A stretch of DNA of 63,331 nt, filler included, from Licmophora abbreviata (GCA_900291995.1; 13 parts of 13 records of this genome joined end to end with filler, not necessarily neighbours in it), one strand, 5' to 3'; shown: positions 23,754 through 36,219, counted from the whole stretch's first letter. Notes: generated by a model not told the origin, from the sequence alone. Made by a program: numbers and translations.

Positions 23754-25826
23754 CTAGATTACGGAAGCACTTGCTCGAGACGAATTGTCTGATTCTTCGT
23801 ACATCCCTCCCGCCTGTGTTGTTCCATTCTCGGCTCCCGGGTCGTCTCTATATTGTTCTTTGAGTTCAAGAGAAAAGGACGAGTCAGAAGTCATCCGTTG
23901 ATGCCTCACTGAGCCCCCGGACCGCTCTTGCCGTCTGCGTACCCATACCAATACAACAAGAAAGAACGATACAGCAAGAATAGCCCCTAGCCACGAGTGT
24001 GCAATAACATACTTGAACATGGCACCGTCCTCCGTCGACGAAGTTCCCGCTGCCGACGTACCCGACTCGCTGCTGGGAGCTTCACAAGTAGGACAGGGTT
24101 CGCATGCTTCCTTGCTCGCTAGGGAGCGATCCAGTTTCTGTTGATTGCTCTCGAACGATCCACCGTAGACAAAAGTCTTGACCATGTCCAGAGCCACTTC
24201 GGGAACATCCAAAGGCACCATGTGACCACTGTTCAATACCTTGAGATACTTTAGATTCTTGTATTCCTTCATGTATCCCGAGGGTTCGCCTCCCGCCTTG
24301 TGCGCCCAACTGTATCGGGGTGCCATGTTCCACTCTTCCCGGTACGTCCACGGTAATTTTTCTAGGAGCACCTCGTTACCAACGTGGTTACAGATGAGAT
24401 CCATTATGCCGTTGAAGAACAACAAGGAGACTTTCTTTTCGAGCAGCCTCACGACTTCTGGCACAACGCCCAAACCATCTTGGTGACTCAAGGCATTCCA
24501 TGGAGGGTCGGTACATTCCCGATACTGCTGCCCAAACGTCGTTGCCGCCGAAGCATGAATCGCCTCCAGAACAGTCTCTTTGTCTACATGCAAGTCATGC
24601 CCAGACCATCCACCCAAGTAGCTTTCCACAATCTTGTGCCCCGGCGGGAAGGATCGCGAGCCGTGTCGGCTTTCCCACTTGCGAACATCGTACTGACTTA
24701 CTTTGTAGTTGGCAGTAGTACCGCCTTGCGACTCGGCCACAATAGAATCCAACAGGTCAAAGCAAATCGGCGTGCGATACTGATTTTTCGTCAGTCTCGT
24801 TTGGCACTCGACCTCTTTCGTTTGCAGTGCGTTCATTTGCGCCATCCCAATAAGCCCATGCCCAAATGCGGCGCCAGCTGCCGCATACTGATGAAAGGGA
24901 TCGACCCAGCCATTCCCAATGGCGGCGCCAGAGAGTTGTATAGTGGTGGACGGACTCTTTTCGTTCTGTTCGAGAATGTAGGCCATCATGCTGGGAATAT
25001 AGTGTCCAGCATGCGACTCTCCCGTAAAGTAAATTGGTCGCTGCGTAGTACTTCTGTCATCAGTCAAAAAGACGTCGGCATGCAAGTTGAGAAACTGATT
25101 GAGCCAATGATAAAAGTCGATGTTGACCTTCTCATCGTTGCTAGGATACGTCTTGCTCTTTGTGAAGGACAGTCCTGTCCCTACGGGCTGATCGACATAG
25201 ACGACATAGGCCGGGGCTTTGTGCCATGAGTATTCATTGCGAGTCAACACCGTGTTTCCGTCCGCGGTAGTCGAGAACCGAATCGGACCATGCTCGAGGA
25301 ACAAACCGTCCATGCTACTGCAGCCTGGACCTCCGTTGAGCTGCGAATTGACGGAAGATAAGCAAAAAGAAGTCCAGTGTGTTAGAGAGAGCTGCAAACT
25401 GGGACGAAAGAAAGCAAAATTACAATTACGCACCCATATGATTAGAGGAATGTTGGATGCATCTGTCTTGGCAGCTGCGACGGGATCAGGATAGAAGAGC
25501 CAATAGAAAAAGTACTTGTCGTCTTCGGTGGATGCCGGCAAGTGACCGGCGTAGTGCTGCAAGTCTGTTGCGAGTGAGTCATCCAACAAAGGAAGCTTCT
25601 CGACGCGATGGTCTTCGGGAGAAGATGGAAGAGTGTAATATCCGTCGAGGCGGCGATGGCGTCGCGTGGTAGTAGCAGTATCCGTGATGTTGCGTTCAAG
25701 AAGTAGCCCTTCGAAAGACGATGTTGGTGAAAAAGAAGAAATGTCGACGTGCTGCAGTCGACGAACGCCCTCTGCCCGGTGCGCTAACCACCAAATCGAA
25801 AGAATACAGTGAAGCGATCGCATCAT
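23754..25826 (-). CDS. Serine carboxypeptidase S10, KEX1-like, with C-terminal TM helix; in-frame intron 25433-25341
   Basis: IIW|LNGGPGCSS, DQPVGTGLS, GESHAGHYIP (catalytic Ser), DLICN (Asp), GHMVP (His). Signal peptide and C-terminal TM segment present. Confidence 0.93.
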   Translation of the reverse strand: MMRSLHCILSIWWLAHRAEGVRRLQHVDISSFSPTSSFEGLLLERNITDTATTTRRHRRLDGYYTLPSSPEDHRVEKLPLLDDSLATDLQHYAGHLPASTEDDKYFFYWLFYPDPVAAAKTDASNIPLIIWVRNCNFAFFRPSLQLSLTHWTSFCLSSVNSQLNGGPGCSSMDGLFLEHGPIRFSTTADGNTVLTRNEYSWHKAPAYVVYVDQPVGTGLSFTKSKTYPSNDEKVNIDFYHWLNQFLNLHADVFLTDDRSTTQRPIYFTGESHAGHYIPSMMAYILEQNEKSPSTTIQLSGAAIGNGWVDPFHQYAAAGAAFGHGLIGMAQMNALQTKEVECQTRLTKNQYRTPICFDLLDSIVAESQGGTTANYKVSQYDVRKWESRHGSRSFPPGHKIVESYLGGWSGHDLHVDKETVLEAIHASAATTFGQQYRECTDPPWNALSHQDGLGVVPEVVRLLEKKVSLLFFNGIMDLICNHVGNEVLLEKLPWTYREEWNMAPRYSWAHKAGGEPSGYMKEYKNLKYLKVLNSGHMVPLDVPEVALDMVKTFVYGGSFESNQQKLDRSLASKEACEPCPTCEAPSSESGTSAAGTSSTEDGAMFKYVIAHSWLGAILAVSFFLVVLVWVRRRQERSGGSVRHQRMTSDSSFSLELKEQYRDDPGAENGTTQAGGMYEESDNSSRASASVI

Positions 25827-25956
25827 GGCGATAGCGAATAGAGAGGAGGGGCGATGGTTCGTTGCAGACTTCCGATGCAGGTCTCTGGCACAGCAAGCGA
25901 CACACAATGACCGCTCTCAAAATTACGAGTTGGGTTGTCCAACAAACGAGGCTTCG

Positions 25957-27300
25957 AATCGACTTTAGAGCTCGAACAAGCTTCAGTTTTGTTCAACACT
26001 GGTGCAGGCGAGTTACAAACTGCTCAATGGGACCCAGGAAGCAACGAATCGGACTGCAACCGGCAAAGGGTGGCACATTCAACATCGCGGGCAAGTATAG
26101 TGTGAGAGCGGCGGCAAAAATGAGTAATATTATCAGCGGTTCGCATGGAAAGAACCCTGCGCGCTCTGCGGATCAAAGCTTCCCCGCGCGATCAAGCAGT
26201 TGACTTTGACCATGTTTTCGATTGCCTCTTTCGTCTCCATTGTGTCAATGAATGATTTTAAACTGAAACAACCAGCTAACAGGCACACAAAGGACACGAA
26301 ACCGTTGCATATGCGCAGATACATTCCCTATTGGCATAGATAATGAGATTGGCGCTGCCATTCGTTGGGTTGCGTAATTCCGAAGATGTCGTAAATGCTG
26401 TCTGCAAAGCTACATACTATTTAATGCTATATACTGAGTACCAAACGCTGTATATATTTAACCGTCTGTCCGTTTCCGCTATTTTCGAAATCGGTGCCGC
26501 CGAAAAAATATGATAGGAGTCAAGCGCTTCCGATTTTTTATCGCCGCCCTTTGTGGCGAGCAGGATGTAATTTTCTTAAATTCTCAGCCATCCATTTCTG
26601 ATTTCACNNNNNNNNNNNNNNNNNNNNNNNNNNNNNNNNNNNNNNNNNNNNTTAATTAATTAANNNNNNNNNNNNNNNNNNNNNNNNNNNNNNNNNNNNN
26701 NNNNNNNAATCGACTTTAGAGCTCGAACAAGCTTCAGTTTTGTTCAACACTGGTGCAGACGAGTTACAAATTGCTCAATGGGACCCAGGAAGCAACGAAT
26801 CGGACTGCAACCGGCAAAGGGTGGCACATTCAACATCGCGGGCAAGTACAGAGTGAGAGCGGCGGCAAAAATGAGTACTATTATCAGCGGTTCGCATGGA
26901 AAGAACCCTACGCGCTATGCGGATCAAAGCTTCCCCGCGCGATCAAGCAAGTTGGCTTTGACCATGTTTTCGATTGCCTCTTTCGTCTCCATTGTGTCAA
27001 TGAATGAATTTAGACTGAAACAACCAGCTAACAGGCACACAAAGGACACGAAACCGTTGCATATGCGCAGATACATTCCCTATTGGCATAGATAATGAGA
27101 TTGGCGCTGCCATTCGTTGGGTTGAGTAATTCCGAAAATGTCGTGAATGCTGTCTTCAAAGCTATATACTATTTAATGCTATATAACTTTCTATTACACG
27201 CTTTATATATTTAAACTTCTGTCCGTTTCCGCAATTTTCTTTTCTCAGAACATTCATGTCCTGAGATGAGAAGATTCTCAGCCATCCATGTCTGATTTCA
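25957..27300. repeat. Near-identical ~530-nt segment on both sides of a gap (about 25957-26490 and 26708-27238) plus a shared short tail
   Basis: Both copies begin AATCGACTTTAGAGCTCGAAC, differ by scattered SNPs/indels, and end near TTCTCAGCCATCCAT(T/G)TCTGATTTCA. Confidence 0.9.
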
Positions 27301-27407
27301 AAGGGTGAGGCGGACTGACAGACGGACGGACGGGAGGACGGATGAGTGTTGAAGTTTCGATTCCAAATCAGGTCCGCTTGTAAAAATCAAAAAGATCGGC
27401 GTCGACC

Positions 27408-28649
27408 ATGAACTACAGCAGCATGAGCCTCTATCCTCGCCCCACGTTCCAAGCCTTGTGTTCGTGGAGCATTGTACTGCTATGCTTCAGCGCTGCTACA
27501 TGGCCCGCAACAGAGGCATTCACTGTACTCGACTCCAAACAACATTCGATTCGTCATGGCACTTGGTCGGCGTCGCGACTGGCATCCTCCGCCAGCACGG
27601 AGCTCCCCGATTCGCTGGAGGGCGCATCTGAGCTAGCGGCCGAAGCTACTTTCAATTACTTACAAGCGTCCGGGCCTTGCTCGCGATGTCGGGTAGACTT
27701 TGATACGAGTGCTGGCGATGAAACCTTCACCTTGTTGAAAACTAGCACCGAATTCATGCAGAACTACGTCAGTGCCTTGTGCTACTTGGCCATTCCGAAT
27801 CTTCAGCAGCAAAAGCAGAATGAACTCATGAACCTAGCGGAAGCACGAGTAAAGTTGGAAGAATTGCGAAGCGTAGAACAGCAAAGGCAAGATGAAGATG
27901 CTGCAGATTTGAAAGATACTGAAGGCGACGAGGAATCCACAACTACTACGCGTGTCATGACATCATCACTTACAGAGGCACAAGAAGCTGAAAAGATCAG
28001 ACTTGCTGAAATTCTCAAGACCAACGGCGCTTCCACGTCGTCACCGTGGGAGGGACCCAAGGCCCGCGTATACTTCCCCGACGAAGGCAGCGCTGCTCTG
28101 GCGCGTCGTGACTGGCTAGGCACGGGCGACGGTGGGCCGCGCGTACCGCCCTGTGTGGAGTTCTCGTCCTGTGGGGGTGTGCAACAACATGATGTGAGCA
28201 ATGATATGTTGATATTCTTCTTTTGTCCCAAAGCGAGTGAAAGTGACTACGTGGAAGAGCTCTTGCAACAGACGGAAACGAAATCTGACAATCTTCAGCT
28301 CTCCATCCTTGTGAATCCCTTGCTGGTCGATATGGGCGTCACAGGCTTTGGAATGGCGGGGAGGATGCTGAGAGAGAGACTGTTGGACAATCTGGATACA
28401 ACATACTACCTGCGCACACTCCAGTGGGGCGCGTTGACGCGACAGTGGCCCAACATGTATTCCGTTTGGCAACAGGATGCGGATGCCAGTGGAGGATACC
28501 GACTAATTTCGTCGTTGGATCGATTGCCGTCTAATCCTGAAGTTGAAGATATCTATGACGTTGAGAATGGACTACAGGAAGGGAAAAAGGAGGGCTCGGG
28601 CTTGTTGAACTCGTTGGGAGACTTTGTCAATGGAATGATGAAACTTTAG
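27408..28649 (+). CDS. Plastid-targeted DUF1995 / LPA3-like protein
   Basis: Signal peptide ending TEA-F. ARVYFPDEGSAALARRDW, ILVNPLL and YYLRTLQWGALTRQWP resemble DUF1995 motifs. Confidence 0.75.
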   Translation: MNYSSMSLYPRPTFQALCSWSIVLLCFSAATWPATEAFTVLDSKQHSIRHGTWSASRLASSASTELPDSLEGASELAAEATFNYLQASGPCSRCRVDFDTSAGDETFTLLKTSTEFMQNYVSALCYLAIPNLQQQKQNELMNLAEARVKLEELRSVEQQRQDEDAADLKDTEGDEESTTTTRVMTSSLTEAQEAEKIRLAEILKTNGASTSSPWEGPKARVYFPDEGSAALARRDWLGTGDGGPRVPPCVEFSSCGGVQQHDVSNDMLIFFFCPKASESDYVEELLQQTETKSDNLQLSILVNPLLVDMGVTGFGMAGRMLRERLLDNLDTTYYLRTLQWGALTRQWPNMYSVWQQDADASGGYRLISSLDRLPSNPEVEDIYDVENGLQEGKKEGSGLLNSLGDFVNGMMKL

Positions 28650-29407
28650 TAGCAAGAACAGGTTTGATTAGCTTTTCAGTGGAAACTTGCTTGATTAACT
28701 GTACAGTGGAAACATGAATTCGCTCNNNNNNNNNNNNNNNNNNNNNNNNNNNNNNNNNNNNNNNNNNNNTTAATTAATTAANNNNNNNNNNNNNNNNNNN
28801 NNNNNNNNNNNNNNNNNNNNNNNNNAGTGGAAACTTGCTTGATTAACTGTACAGTGGAAACATGAATTCGCTCGTCGTCTTGGTCTTCGTTCTATCGATG
28901 CATCTTTGCTACTCTATCACTACGGTATGATAGATTGCTAGCCCCCAATCTCTCATGATTACGTAGTCCAGAAGCGTACGAGCGGAGAGAACCTCTAGGA
29001 GACGCGTATTACTGGGTAGTGATAGCACATAGTAAGACCCCCGAGCATCGGCGGCTTAACTTGCGATCATCGCCTGGACAACTCAAGGTGGAGGGGTCTT
29101 CGGTTTGAACATTGAACATACCGGTACGCCACGACCGAACCGTCTGCCCCCCACCCTCATGCTTGCCGCACCAAGAACCTGTGCTCCTCGCGCACGCGCT
29201 GCTATGTGGTATTTTGCCGCCACACACAACATCAGCGCCTCACAAAACTTCGTGTTGTGTGTGGTCGCGGTCCTACCGTGTATCGTACCTTTGGTCGGAC
29301 TTTAAACTTGCTAAACTCTGCTACTATTGTCTAGAGACTTTACTTCTTCCCTTCCGCCGTTTTGCTATTGCTTCCTTTCAAACTCAGTTTTGTCGAACAG
29401 TGTCATT

Positions 29408-30878
29408 ATGGCAGATCAAGAAGAGCAAAAGCCTGCAGGCGGAGACGCAACTACGACGCCGCCCGATGGCGCCGACGAGAATGAGACCTCCATTACTGAC
29501 GTCGCTACGACTGCTACTGGTAGGCAGCTGACGCCTGCAGAGGCAGCCATTATTGAAATCATGAAACGAGCTGGTGCTTCTTCGGCTGTGCCGTCCGTGG
29601 AGCCGGAAGAAGAAACTGAGCAACGGCATGCCTTTTGGGATACGCAGGTGAGCAGCAGAATTGAGAGGGGGGAGGACTGAATCTGAGTCCTATTGTTTGT
29701 ATTCGGTTCTTCCTAGCACTCATGCGTTTGTTTTTCTGCCTCCCTAGCCCATGCCTCATACTGCCCCAAAAGGTGAGGACCTGCCGGAAGGTCCGATTGC
29801 CGAAGGCGACGCTTCCAAGCTGCGCGACACTCCTTACAAGATGCCGACCGGATTCGCTTGGAGCGACGTAGACGTGACCGATCCTGCCCAACGAAAAGAA
29901 CTCTACGACTTGCTGGCGAACAACTATGTCGAAGACGACGATTGTCTCTTTCGATTTGATTACAGCGAGGCCTTTCTGGAATGGGCTCTGACCCCTCCGG
30001 GCAGTACTGCCAACTTCTGGCTGGGAGTGCGCTCCACCAAGTCAACTAAACTTGTGGCATTCATTAGCGCTGTTCCCGCCTCAGTACGAGTACGATCGAG
30101 TTCGTCAATCGACATGGTGGAAATCAACTTTCTCTGTGTACACAAAAAGCTTCGGTCGAAACGACTGGCCCCTGTCTTGATTAAGGAAATTACGAGGCGT
30201 GTCAATCACACCGGCGTGTGGCAAGCCGTCTATACGGCAGGAGTGGTTCTGCCCGTGCCAGCCGCTTCGGCTCGGTATCATCATCGCAGCTTGAATCCGA
30301 AGAAGCTCATCGAAGTGGGGTTCTCGCGTTTACCGCGTGGCACGACCATGGCGCGGCACCTGAAGAACTACAAACTGCCGGCAACAACAAGTACTCGTAA
30401 TCTGCGAGAAATGACTGAGAGTGATGTAGAAGGCGTCCATGCCCTTCTCACCAACTATTTGTCGCCCAAGTTTCAAGTGCACGTGGTGTTTAGTCCCGAA
30501 GAAATTGCGCACTGGCTGTTGCCCCGAGAGGGCGTGGTGAATTCGTACGTGGTGGAAAGCGATAGTGGCACGATTACAGATTTGATTTCATTTTACCATT
30601 TGCCGTCAACGATTCTGAATCGAAATGACACATTGCGTGCTGCGTACAGTTTCTACAATGTGTCAAGCTCGGACTGGGTAGACTTGATGCGCGATGCGTT
30701 GGTGCTGGCGAAGAATTGTGGAAGCGACGTCTTCAACTGTCTGAATCTGATGGAGAATGACGAGTTTTTGAGCGACTTGAAGTTCGGACTGGGCGACGGA
30801 CAACTTCAGTACTATTTGTACAACTGGGCGAGTGGAAAGGAGATGAAGCCATCCGAAGTCGGGATCGTCTTGTTGTAG
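29408..30878 (+). CDS. NMT: Glycylpeptide N-myristoyltransferase; intron 29648-29747
   Basis: [65 protein letters not shown]-terminal GIVLL. Confidence 0.97.
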
Positions 30879-31380
30879 ACGCCAAGAGTGGATAACGGGT
30901 ATGCGGCTAGACATGATGCGCTCCAGCCGACGCGGATCGTTGTCGCTGTTGGAGACTACTCTACTGTAAGGTTAGGCGCTCGTAGACAATAAGTGCGTGA
31001 GCTAACTTCTAAAGGTGTCTCGGCGCGCCATTGTAGAATGGACGGTGTGTGAATAAGACCCCATGATGGATGCGGAGTCGGGTTAGTTCACTTTACTGTA
31101 CTTTCTTANNNNNNNNNNNNNNNNNNNNNNNNNNNNNNNNNNNNNNNNNNNNTTAATTAATTAANNNNNNNNNNNNNNNNNNNNNNNNNNNNNNNNNNNN
31201 NNNNNNNNATCCGGGTACCCTATTCTCGTCTTCCCTCCACCACGCATCCACACGTCGCCGCTCGTCTCTAACAGCAAGCACAACTTCAAACTCAGTTCAG
31301 TTCAGCACCCAAGCTGCATTGAGAATTTCAAATTGTCTTTATGCATGCCTGCAACGGTGCCTCATGCGTGAAATTGGAGC

Positions 31381-33038
31381 ATGAAGGGCAGCATGAGCAC
31401 CTCCAGTTCTCGTTCTAGCAACGGCCTGGGTCGGTCTTTCTCTGGCAACAGCAGCAACAATTCGTTGCAAAACACCGTGGGGAACGACAGCATCGTCGTG
31501 CAGGCCACAGAGGGATGGCTCGAGCTCTTTCTCACTCCTCACGAGAAGGCCACCTTTGCACAGTGGCAAGAGCAAATCAAAGACAAGTCTCTCACGCATC
31601 GATTGACCCGCAGTCTCTCTGAGTCTCTCGCCAATTACATCCCCGATACCGTCGCTCCCAACGTCGTCACCTGGCCGGATTCCTCTGCCTGGGACAAGCT
31701 TGGTACTTGACCAATCTCTACGGCGACGACTTTCCCGTCGCCTGTACCTGGGTCAGCGTTATTAACATCCTGCTCTTCTTCTTGACGAACAGTGTCGAGC
31801 CCTATCACGCCGATCGAATACGTCAGAGGACACCGCTGGGAGAACTCTTCAAGTACTCCTGCGACTCCTGCAGTACCGTCTGGCTGGTCATCCTCACCAC
31901 CTACTGTTTGGGAGGAACGTCGGTCAAGATTCAATGGTATGCCGTACAGGCGTCGCAGCTCGTCTTGTTTTACAAGCACGTCAGTGCCTTTCATCGCAAT
32001 GCTGGACTCCGATACAATGTCTTGACTGGGCCCGGTGAAGTCATTATGAGCTGCATTCTGCTCCTCTTGATTCGAGCGACGCTGGGACTGGACTGGTTCC
32101 TGGCAGTCTATAAAACTACCTTGCATCGACTCTTTACGACACTACCGGGCGAGACGGAACCACTGCATGAAAAGTACATGGAAGATCCAGCTGCCCTGGC
32201 GCTCGAAAGTGTCATGTTTCTCTACTATGCACTCTACTTGCTGGCACTCGTCAAGTCGCTATCTCTACGCAAACCCCACGGATGGTCCCGCTTCGGCTTG
32301 AGCGCCTCTCTGCTGATGCGCAGTATACCTGCAGTGCTCATGCACTACGGATTGACGGCCTTTGAACTGCGTGTCGTCGATGTCATTTGCGATGGCTTCT
32401 TCCTCGCGGTACTCACGAGCGACGTGACCTTGGCCAAAATGGCGGGACGCGAAATTCACCCCTGGGTGGTCCTCATGAGCATGGCGGCAGTCTTGTCATC
32501 TTCCACCATTCTGGCATTGGTACTGGTATACTACATTGCGGTCTTTGGAGACTTGTGTAGCTATCTCAATATGCCGTTGCTCACGACGTGTCGGAATGTC
32601 TATTGTGATGGTGTCTACGATCTATGTCATATTGGGCACAAAATGCTCTTTCAGAAGGCTCTCAGTTTTGGTAATAGACTCTTTGTCGGAGTCGTTGGAG
32701 ACGACGATGCGTCGCATTACAAGAGACCGCCCATTATGAGATCTGCCGAACGATGTGCCGAAGTCGAAGCATGCAAAGCTGTAACAAAGGTCATTCCGAA
32801 TGCGCCCTGTTTCGGATTGACTCAAGAGTTTCTAGACGAACATGAAATACACGTCGTGGCATTTGGAGAAGAGTATCTGGAGCGTTATCCTGATCCTGAC
32901 GACGATCCCTATTACCGACTGCCGAGAAAGTTGGGGATCGCCAAACCACTGCCAAGGACCAAGGGACTGAGTACATCGGATCTTATTCGACGAATCCAGG
33001 CGGCACTGCCTGCCGACGAAAAGAAAAGTCCGACGTAG
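31381..33038 (+). CDS. Fusion of a CEPT-like CDP-alcohol phosphotransferase membrane domain (degenerate motif) and a choline/ethanolamine-phosphate cytidylyltransferase; -1 frameshift at about 31671
   Basis: IPDTVAPNVVT/LAGFLCLG reads across the shift, followed by TPLGELFKYSCDS. C-terminal domain has VYCDGVYDLCHIGH (HxGH), YKRPPIM and RTKGLSTSDLIRRI. Confidence 0.85.
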
Positions 33039-33346
33039 TTCCATTGACAGCAGGGATGGTTTTAGTAGTTTTGTGTTAGCACGTATCTTATAGCTGTGAC
33101 GTGCGATGTTTACTTTATAATTCATCGTGGCGCTCGACTTCAAACCATCGCCGTGGCAATGCAGGACCACTGAGCTCTGGACTAGACACGTTGAGAGAAT
33201 CGGCGTTCGCTTGTGGTTGCTACGAAACCTTCAACCTGATGCTGCAGATCATTTCTATAATCTTATTTGATACTTCTTAATCAACCTGGACGGTACTTGC
33301 GGCTCGACAAAGGAAACACAGTGTATACGAAGAACGAATATCGGTG

Positions 33347-35190
33347 TCACGTCAAATTCGCGCCGGGCAGACATGATAGGATATTGCGGATGGCGACCAG
33401 AATGCCAGAGGTGCTCTCGTCTTCATGCAAGGTGCAAAGTGGGTGGTTTAGCTCCATCTTGTTGTTCTCGTCTACAGCTAGTTCCAGGTCTTTCATCCCT
33501 GTGCTGCTTCTGTGCATGCGTCGGTTTGTCCATGTTTTTGGGCAATGTCGACCCGAGTCTGTCAAGTGCGACGTAGGCCCTCGTGCGAGCTTCGGTAATC
33601 CCCCGCCCCCAAAGCTCACAGTCGATAAGGAGTCAATCCGCTTTAGAGCTGCAAAATTACTGGACTTCTCGCCACTGTCTTTTACTTCGTCAAAGCTGTC
33701 ATCGCTGTCGAGACCAGTGTCCCTTTCTTCTGTGGACGAGACCAAGCTTTCATCGCGCACATCATATGAAAGGTCATCCTCGTCCACGGATAGAACCAAG
33801 CGATTGTCATTCATATCATACGATAGCTCATCTTCATCCGTGTAGTAGGTACCTGACGAGGATACTGAGCTAGCATCACCCATAGAATACGACAGCTCAT
33901 CTTCGTCAGTATAGGTGCCTGTGCCATTTGTATCCAGCAGCGAGATCTCTCGATCACAACTGATAGTTGTATTGACTTCCCAAGACTCTGAGTTTGATGA
34001 CAATCCACAGGATGTCATGGGCGGCAATGGCCGCGCGGTCTGTCGTACTGCGCATAGTTGCATGGCGACCACAAGGGTATGCGGTTGGCTCGCCTCGGGG
34101 TCTCAGCGGGAGACTGCGGCATGAAGGTATCGAGTACTGCCTGATGCGGTCCGTCAGTCATATCGTCTGGTCGAACCGAAACCTCTTCACATTTAGCGTC
34201 AGCATCGCATATCGGTAGATCACCGTCGCGCCTTTCTTTGGTGACTGTGTCGGAAAGCAAATCACTCGGTACTATCATAGACCCTTTGCAAATCGATGAA
34301 GCGCGATCCGCGACTCCTTCTGCGATAGTGTGATTCTTAGGCTCTTTCTCATTGGATTCGTAGATCTCGCTCGCACGCTTGTCAGCAAGCGTCCCCGTCA
34401 ATATGTCTTTTTCCGTCGCGCACAAAGATTCGCCCCTAGCAATGCCCCCTGACTCGTCTTCCGTGATTGTTTTCGTAACCGTCCCCAATTCTCCGTCACC
34501 GTCCTCCTTCGGAATATATTGATCGATGTCGTCTGAAGATCCATTTGACTTGTCTTCGACTGTTGCGTTGGAAAAAGTCTCTGTGATTGTACCAATTGTT
34601 CCATCACCTTTCGTGAAAGAAGATTGCTCCAAAACTACTTCCTGGCTCGTTTCATCTGTGGAGTGGTGGTTGCACAATAGATCGAGCGACGGCCTATGTT
34701 CTGAGGTTGTATTCATGAAAGCATCGGCAGGCTTTTCGAAAGTATGCTCACCAACTTGAGACCCCTCAGCGATCACTCCCAGCGTATGATCGCCGCGCGG
34801 GTGCCGTACAATCTTATCTTTGTAGACAAGGTTTGAGTATGAAGCCTGTGTCATCTCAGCTTCCGAGTTGTGCGCACGGACGATTTCGAGATGTAAAACT
34901 GAAACGGTGTCTTCGTCACCATCACTACAAGACAATTCACGGGGTCTCTCGTCGTCTCGTGACTCGACTGCACTAACATCGGTCGTTTCCTTGTGCGCTG
35001 GTCTTGCCACCGACGGAGCTTCGGTCACTGTTACATGAAACTTCATGGTCGCTGCTGTGCAAATATCCTTGCGGTCGGTCAATGCATGAGATTGCGCACT
35101 GTGAGACCGTGACAGTCCCGTGATGTTTCTCCGATCGCTGACTTTTGTTGGCGGGAACGAAATTTCGCCAATTTGTGAGACGTCTCTCAA
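33347..35190 (-). CDS. Hypothetical acidic low-complexity protein(s); two overlapping ORFs
   Basis: 391-aa and 241-aa minus-strand ORFs overlap at 34015-34072. Ser/Asp/Glu-rich with a repeated YTDEDELSY. No recognisable domain. Confidence 0.4.
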
Positions 35191-35498
35191 CAGTGTGATC
35201 GGATCATGTCTTATTTCGTAATATAATCCTAGAGAGTGAATACGTGCTACTCGTACTATACAATCGGCGAGACGAATGCATAATTAATAATTAGTGTACG
35301 AATACTAGGGATATNNNNNNNNNNNNNNNNNNNNNNNNNNNNNNNNNNNNNNNNNNNNTTAATTAATTAANNNNNNNNNNNNNNNNNNNNNNNNNNNNNN
35401 NNNNNNNNNNNNNNTCGCACCTCCGTTTCTTCTCTCCAGCCATTGTGATGACACTCACGATCTCCCATGCTTCTTTCTTCATCGATTATTGAACACAG

Positions 35499-36080
35499 GC
35501 GGAAGAGGACGTGAATACTGAGCTCAAGCTGATCCTCGCAGGCGAAGGAGGCGTCGGAAAGACGACGTTCATGAAGCGTCACCTGACATGAGAGTTAGCG
35601 AAGAAGTACGTTGCTCTTCCACACCACCGTGGAAAGATCAAGTTCAACGTTTGGGTTCTCGCTGGACAGGAAAGTTTGCATACCTCCGTGAGGGATACTA
35701 CAAACGTGCAGACTGCGCCATCATCATGTTCGACTTGACCTCTCGCCGGACCTACAAGAATGTTCCCAACTGGTATCATGCATTACTTGTGTCTGCAAGA
35801 TATCCCCATTGTTCTCTGCGGAAACAAGGAAGAGATCAAAGACCGCAAGTTCATGCGCGAGCAGGTCACATTCCACAGAAAGAAGAACCTCCCTTACTAC
35901 GAAATCCCTGTCAAGACCAACGACAACCTTGAAAAGCCATTCCTCTGGTTGGCTCGGAAGCTCAGTGGCGACGACAGTCTTCAGTTTGTCGAGGCTCCTG
36001 TGCCCCTTCCGATTGACCAGTCCCTTGCCAATCTCGGAGGCAATCCGCCGGAAGAAGATGATGAAGAAGAAGACGTCTAG
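35499..36080 (+). pseudogene. RAN: Decayed Ran GTPase paralog
   Basis: Fragments [92 protein letters not shown] and an acidic tail, spread over several frames. TGA at 35589-35591. Confidence 0.88.
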
Positions 36081-36219
36081 TAGAGACGATGCAGCTGAGG
36101 ACCGACATCAACCTGTGACGGGGAGTACGTCTATGACAGTACACAGTCATGCGGTAGGGCCTACAGTAGTAACAAGGCATATCTAGAATCTGCAACTACT
36201 GTTCCCTTAGAAATCATGC

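Noticed and set aside
26133..26324. Small ORF in the duplicated segment (METKEAIENMVK...)
   Set aside because: The frame differs between the two copies and no homology is recognisable.
28678..28873. Exact 48-nt direct repeat on either side of a gap
   Set aside because: Typical unmerged contig overlap, not an LTR or target-site duplication.
35589..35591. Second in-frame TGA (Ran) as a possible selenocysteine codon
   Set aside because: Aligns to a conserved Gly rather than Cys and is accompanied by frameshifts; it is a nonsense mutation.
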